A stretch of DNA of 20,000 bases from an uncultured virus (IMG/VR IMGVR_UViG_3300025030_000078). Its lineage: Duplodnaviria > Heunggongvirae > Uroviricota > Caudoviricetes. Of this stretch, positions 17,928 through 20,000 are shown in pieces. Where the stretch lies: IMG/VR virus record IMGVR_UViG_3300025030_000078; one strand, given 5' to 3'. Every line of letters starts with the position of its first letter. The stretch's first letter is position 1. The position numbers and the translations under genes were made by a program. The notes beneath the pieces were generated by a model. The model was not told where the DNA came from and searched no databases. It saw nothing but the letters and a program-made list of their open reading frames with translations.

Positions 17928-17956
17928 ATATTAGTTCGTTGTTTCTTTTCTGTCAA
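17928..17956 (-). promoter_or_regulatory. Sigma70-type promoter TTGACA-N17-TAATAT, 6 nt before the HNH-AP2 ATG
   Basis: Minus strand reads TTGACA (17956-51), GAAAAGAAACAACGAAC, TAATAT (17933-28), CGATAA, ATG (17921). Confidence 0.75.
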
Positions 17957-18019
17957 ATGTTTCTTTACGGTATTTCCGGAACATCGGCTTTGTTCCAAAT
18001 CTTATATCCGTAAATTACA

Positions 18020-18178
18020 TTAATTCTTTTTAGTATGAAGTGTATAAACTTCCTTGTAAGTAGCCACATTGCCTTCTCTTAGATCCCTTTCCAAGCCGTT
18101 ATAGACATACAGAAAGAAAATTAAATACCCTATCAACAACAAAACCATCAAGAATATCAATGTTAATTGCGTCCTCAT
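18020..18178 (-). CDS. Small single-TM membrane protein (52 aa, not in the ORF track)
   Basis: MRTQLTLIFLMVLLLIGYLIFFLYVYNGLERDLREG...; its ATG overlaps the exonuclease stop (ATGA). Confidence 0.5.
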   Translation of the reverse strand: MRTQLTLIFLMVLLLIGYLIFFLYVYNGLERDLREGNVATYKEVYTLHTKKN

Positions 18179-18939
18179 TCTTTTTCTGCCTTAAACTTTT
18201 CCAACATCTCTAAATTATTAGACAAAACAAAAGCCGCTATGAAGGCTTCAAACATCTTTTTATACATTGCATCATCTTTTACAACTGCGAATTCAAAAGT
18301 CCCGTCTTTTCCAATTCTTACTATTAGTTGTCCAGAATATTTTTCCTCCGGAAACTCTTCGTTTCTAGCGTATCTATAAGCAGAAGTTTGTATAAACATT
18401 TCCGGATAAATACCGTTACTTGTCTTTAAATCCCCTATATACATTTTTCCGTCTATCGTACAGATAAAATCTGTTGTTCCGGAATACTCGTACTTCTTAG
18501 AAAATATAACCTGTTCTGCTTGTAAAAATTTAACATTATGTTTCTTAACCCAGATAAGAAATTTTAGAACCGATTCCTGTAATTCCGGATTTACCGGTGT
18601 TCCGGGATTTTCTCCCTTTATATATTTTTCTACCCATTTATGAAGGAAGGTTCCAAGATCTCCGGCGTCCTCTTTTTTCTGCCAATGTGCTTTTCTTGCT
18701 CCGGAGTACATTGCCGATAACTCTAATTCGTCGTAAGATTTCCCCGGCTCTATCTGTCCGGAAATATAATCTACAGCGCATCCGGAAGCCCAATTTATTA
18801 AAGCGGGTTTATTTATCACTTTCAGAATCGTAGTTACGGACTTGATCTCCTTGTTCTTTTCTACCCACATATATTTATGGCGAAAGCCGTCGAAGTTAAG
18901 GGTTACTGTTCCGTTATAAAGTTTGTTTTTTATCATCAT
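18175..18939 (-). CDS. PD-(D/E)XK exonuclease (Cas4-like/YqaJ/lambda-exo-like phage recombination nuclease)
   Basis: Motifs SVTTIL, GTFLHKWVE, EQVIFS, YSGTTD, DLKTS and QTSAY. ATG 18939 is preferred as start over GTG 18984. Confidence 0.85.
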   Translation of the reverse strand: MMIKNKLYNGTVTLNFDGFRHKYMWVEKNKEIKSVTTILKVINKPALINWASGCAVDYISGQIEPGKSYDELELSAMYSGARKAHWQKKEDAGDLGTFLHKWVEKYIKGENPGTPVNPELQESVLKFLIWVKKHNVKFLQAEQVIFSKKYEYSGTTDFICTIDGKMYIGDLKTSNGIYPEMFIQTSAYRYARNEEFPEEKYSGQLIVRIGKDGTFEFAVVKDDAMYKKMFEAFIAAFVLSNNLEMLEKFKAEKE

Positions 18940-19001
18940 CTCGATATTTTCTCCAAAAACCACCACCAAAGTTCCCGATGCCACTTATTTTCTATTCTCA
19001 T
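18936..19001 (-). CDS. 21-aa Trp-rich mini-ORF (MRIENKWHRELWWWFLEKISR)
   Basis: GAGGAG SD 6 nt upstream; its TGA overlaps the exonuclease ATG (ATGA). Confidence 0.4.
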   Translation of the reverse strand: MRIENKWHRELWWWFLEKISR

Positions 19002-19182
19002 CGGGGTCTCCTCTTATCTCTTTCCAAGGAAAATCAGGCAGAGAGTGTCCGTGATTCCAATTCATAAATATTGCACTATTACATTCTGACTCCCACTCAT
19101 CGCATCTTTTATCAAGAACTCTTATAGTTCCGTCATTATACTCAACTGTTACTTTTATTAGTTTCTTTACTTTCTTTCTCAT
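18985..19182 (-). CDS. Hypothetical phage protein (65 aa)
   Basis: G-rich SD-like sequence upstream of the ATG; fills the gap in the operon. Confidence 0.6.
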   Translation of the reverse strand: MRKKVKKLIKVTVEYNDGTIRVLDKRCDEWESECNSAIFMNWNHGHSLPDFPWKEIRGDPDENRK

Positions 19183-19870
19183 TCCCCCTACCCCCTTTAG
19201 TTTGTGATAGGTTAAATAATGAAGGTGTCGTAGCCCTTATCCTTTCCTCTGCTATTTTTACATATTCGGGGTTTAGTTCTATTCCAATATAGTTTCTACC
19301 CAACTCTTTACAAGCAACGGCAGTTGTTCCGCTACCGATACAGGGGTCTAAAACTGTATCCCCCTCGTTACTACTTGCCCTTACAAGATAACTGAATAGT
19401 TTTAGTGGTTTCTCTGTGGGGTGCTGTTTGTTAGTTCCACTTGGGAAGTCCCACACGCAGTTTTTACAATGCTCGTTGAAAACCCCATTTTTCTTTTTGA
19501 AATATACGCAGTATTCTGCACCCGATAACCATATAAAATCCCCGTTCATAGGGCTTGGGTTAGTCTTTCGCCAACAACACAACCTTGTTGATAAACCGCT
19601 TTCTCTAACTAAACCCACTATCTCGCTTATCTGTTCCCACCCACAGAAAATGTAACAGCTTCCCTTTGTTACCCTTACACACTCTTTTACAAATGTTTCC
19701 AAATCAAAAGTTATAATATCTGCATCTCCCTTGTCCAAAGACCTCAACCCGTTGTCATCTCTGTTTACACCATCGTAGGGTATGTCGGTTAAGATAAGTT
19801 CAACCGAGCCGTTTTCCACCCCCTTTAACACCTCCAAACAATCCCCTTGTATTATCTTATTTACTTCCAT
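19142..19870 (-). CDS. DNA methyltransferase, N4-C/N6-A beta class
   Basis: Motifs IIQGDCLE, LTDIPY (motif IV variant of DPPY), HPTEKP and VLDPCIGSGTT (motif I), in beta-class order. Start ATG 19870 follows a GGGGGAG SD. Confidence 0.92.
   Translation of the reverse strand: MEVNKIIQGDCLEVLKGVENGSVELILTDIPYDGVNRDDNGLRSLDKGDADIITFDLETFVKECVRVTKGSCYIFCGWEQISEIVGLVRESGLSTRLCCWRKTNPSPMNGDFIWLSGAEYCVYFKKKNGVFNEHCKNCVWDFPSGTNKQHPTEKPLKLFSYLVRASSNEGDTVLDPCIGSGTTAVACKELGRNYIGIELNPEYVKIAEERIRATTPSLFNLSQTKGGRGNEKESKETNKSNS
19191..19212. repeat. 22-bp direct repeat, copy 1 (CCCCCTTTAGTTTGTGATAGGT)
   Basis: Identical to 19876-19897. Confidence 0.95.
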
Positions 19871-20000
19871 CTTCTCCCCCTTTAGTTTGTGATAGGTAGG
19901 TTTCAATCCACTTATACAAGTCGTAGCCGTATGTGTAGCCATCAACCCAGCCCTCGTCTGTTAGATACTTACCAAACCCCCTCACAGCTTCCCCTCTTTC
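19857..20000 (-). CDS. 3' end of a hypothetical protein entering from beyond the window
   Basis: Open frame from 20000: ERGEAVRGFGKYLTDEGWVDGYTYGYDLYKWIETYLSQTKGGEDGSK*, overlapping the methyltransferase start. Confidence 0.55.
   Translation of the reverse strand, partial: ERGEAVRGFGKYLTDEGWVDGYTYGYDLYKWIETYLSQTKGGEDGSK
19876..19897. repeat. 22-bp direct repeat, copy 2
   Basis: Identical to 19191-19212. Confidence 0.95.

Noticed and set aside
17965..18069. 34-aa minus-strand ORF MWLLTRKFIHFILKRINVIYGYKIWNKADVPEIP
   Set aside because: It is possible, but it overlaps the 52-aa ORF by 50 nt and has only a weak SD, so support is insufficient.
18175..18939. Cas4-like nuclease as part of a CRISPR-Cas system
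   Set aside because: No array or other cas genes are present, no four-Cys Fe-S cluster motif is evident, and the context is a phage recombination/replication operon.
16269..19655. Plus-strand ORFs opposite the helicase, exonuclease and methyltransferase, plus the alternative-frame ORF 14294..14563
   Set aside because: They are antisense or out-of-frame shadows of well-supported genes.
1..20000. Stop-codon reassignment (code 15, 4 or 25)
   Set aside because: Coding density is high in code 11, and TAA, TAG and TGA all end genes at tight junctions with the next start.

Overview
This window looks like part of a tailed dsDNA phage or prophage genome, probably podovirus-like, read in the standard genetic code. 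The + strand (1-15946) carries the 3' end of a glycosyltransferase-like gene and a virion module. That module includes two proteins with long Ser/Pro 'SPSxSx' stalks, nozzle-, adaptor- and tail-like proteins, an ejection-type protein and an 1848-aa polyvalent protein (J-domain HPD, R-S-E ADP-ribosyltransferase-like, HExxH zincin, LPD38-like C-terminus). It is followed by several small membrane proteins and a C39-like peptidase, read as the lysis module. The - strand (15936-20000) is a convergent DNA-metabolism module: PD-(D/E)XK endonuclease, SF2 helicase, HNH-AP2 endonuclease, Cas4/YqaJ-like exonuclease, small ORFs and a beta-class N4/N6 DNA methyltransferase. The most notable signals are (1) mucin-like Ser/Pro-stalk virion proteins next to a glycosyltransferase, (2) strong over-representation of the palindrome TCCGGA, (3) an exact 22-bp direct repeat bracketing the CCGG-free methyltransferase, (4) recurrent -10 elements exactly 6 nt before ATG, suggesting leaderless mRNAs, and (5) the domain set of the polyvalent protein. 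All product calls come from motif recognition by eye; no searches were run.
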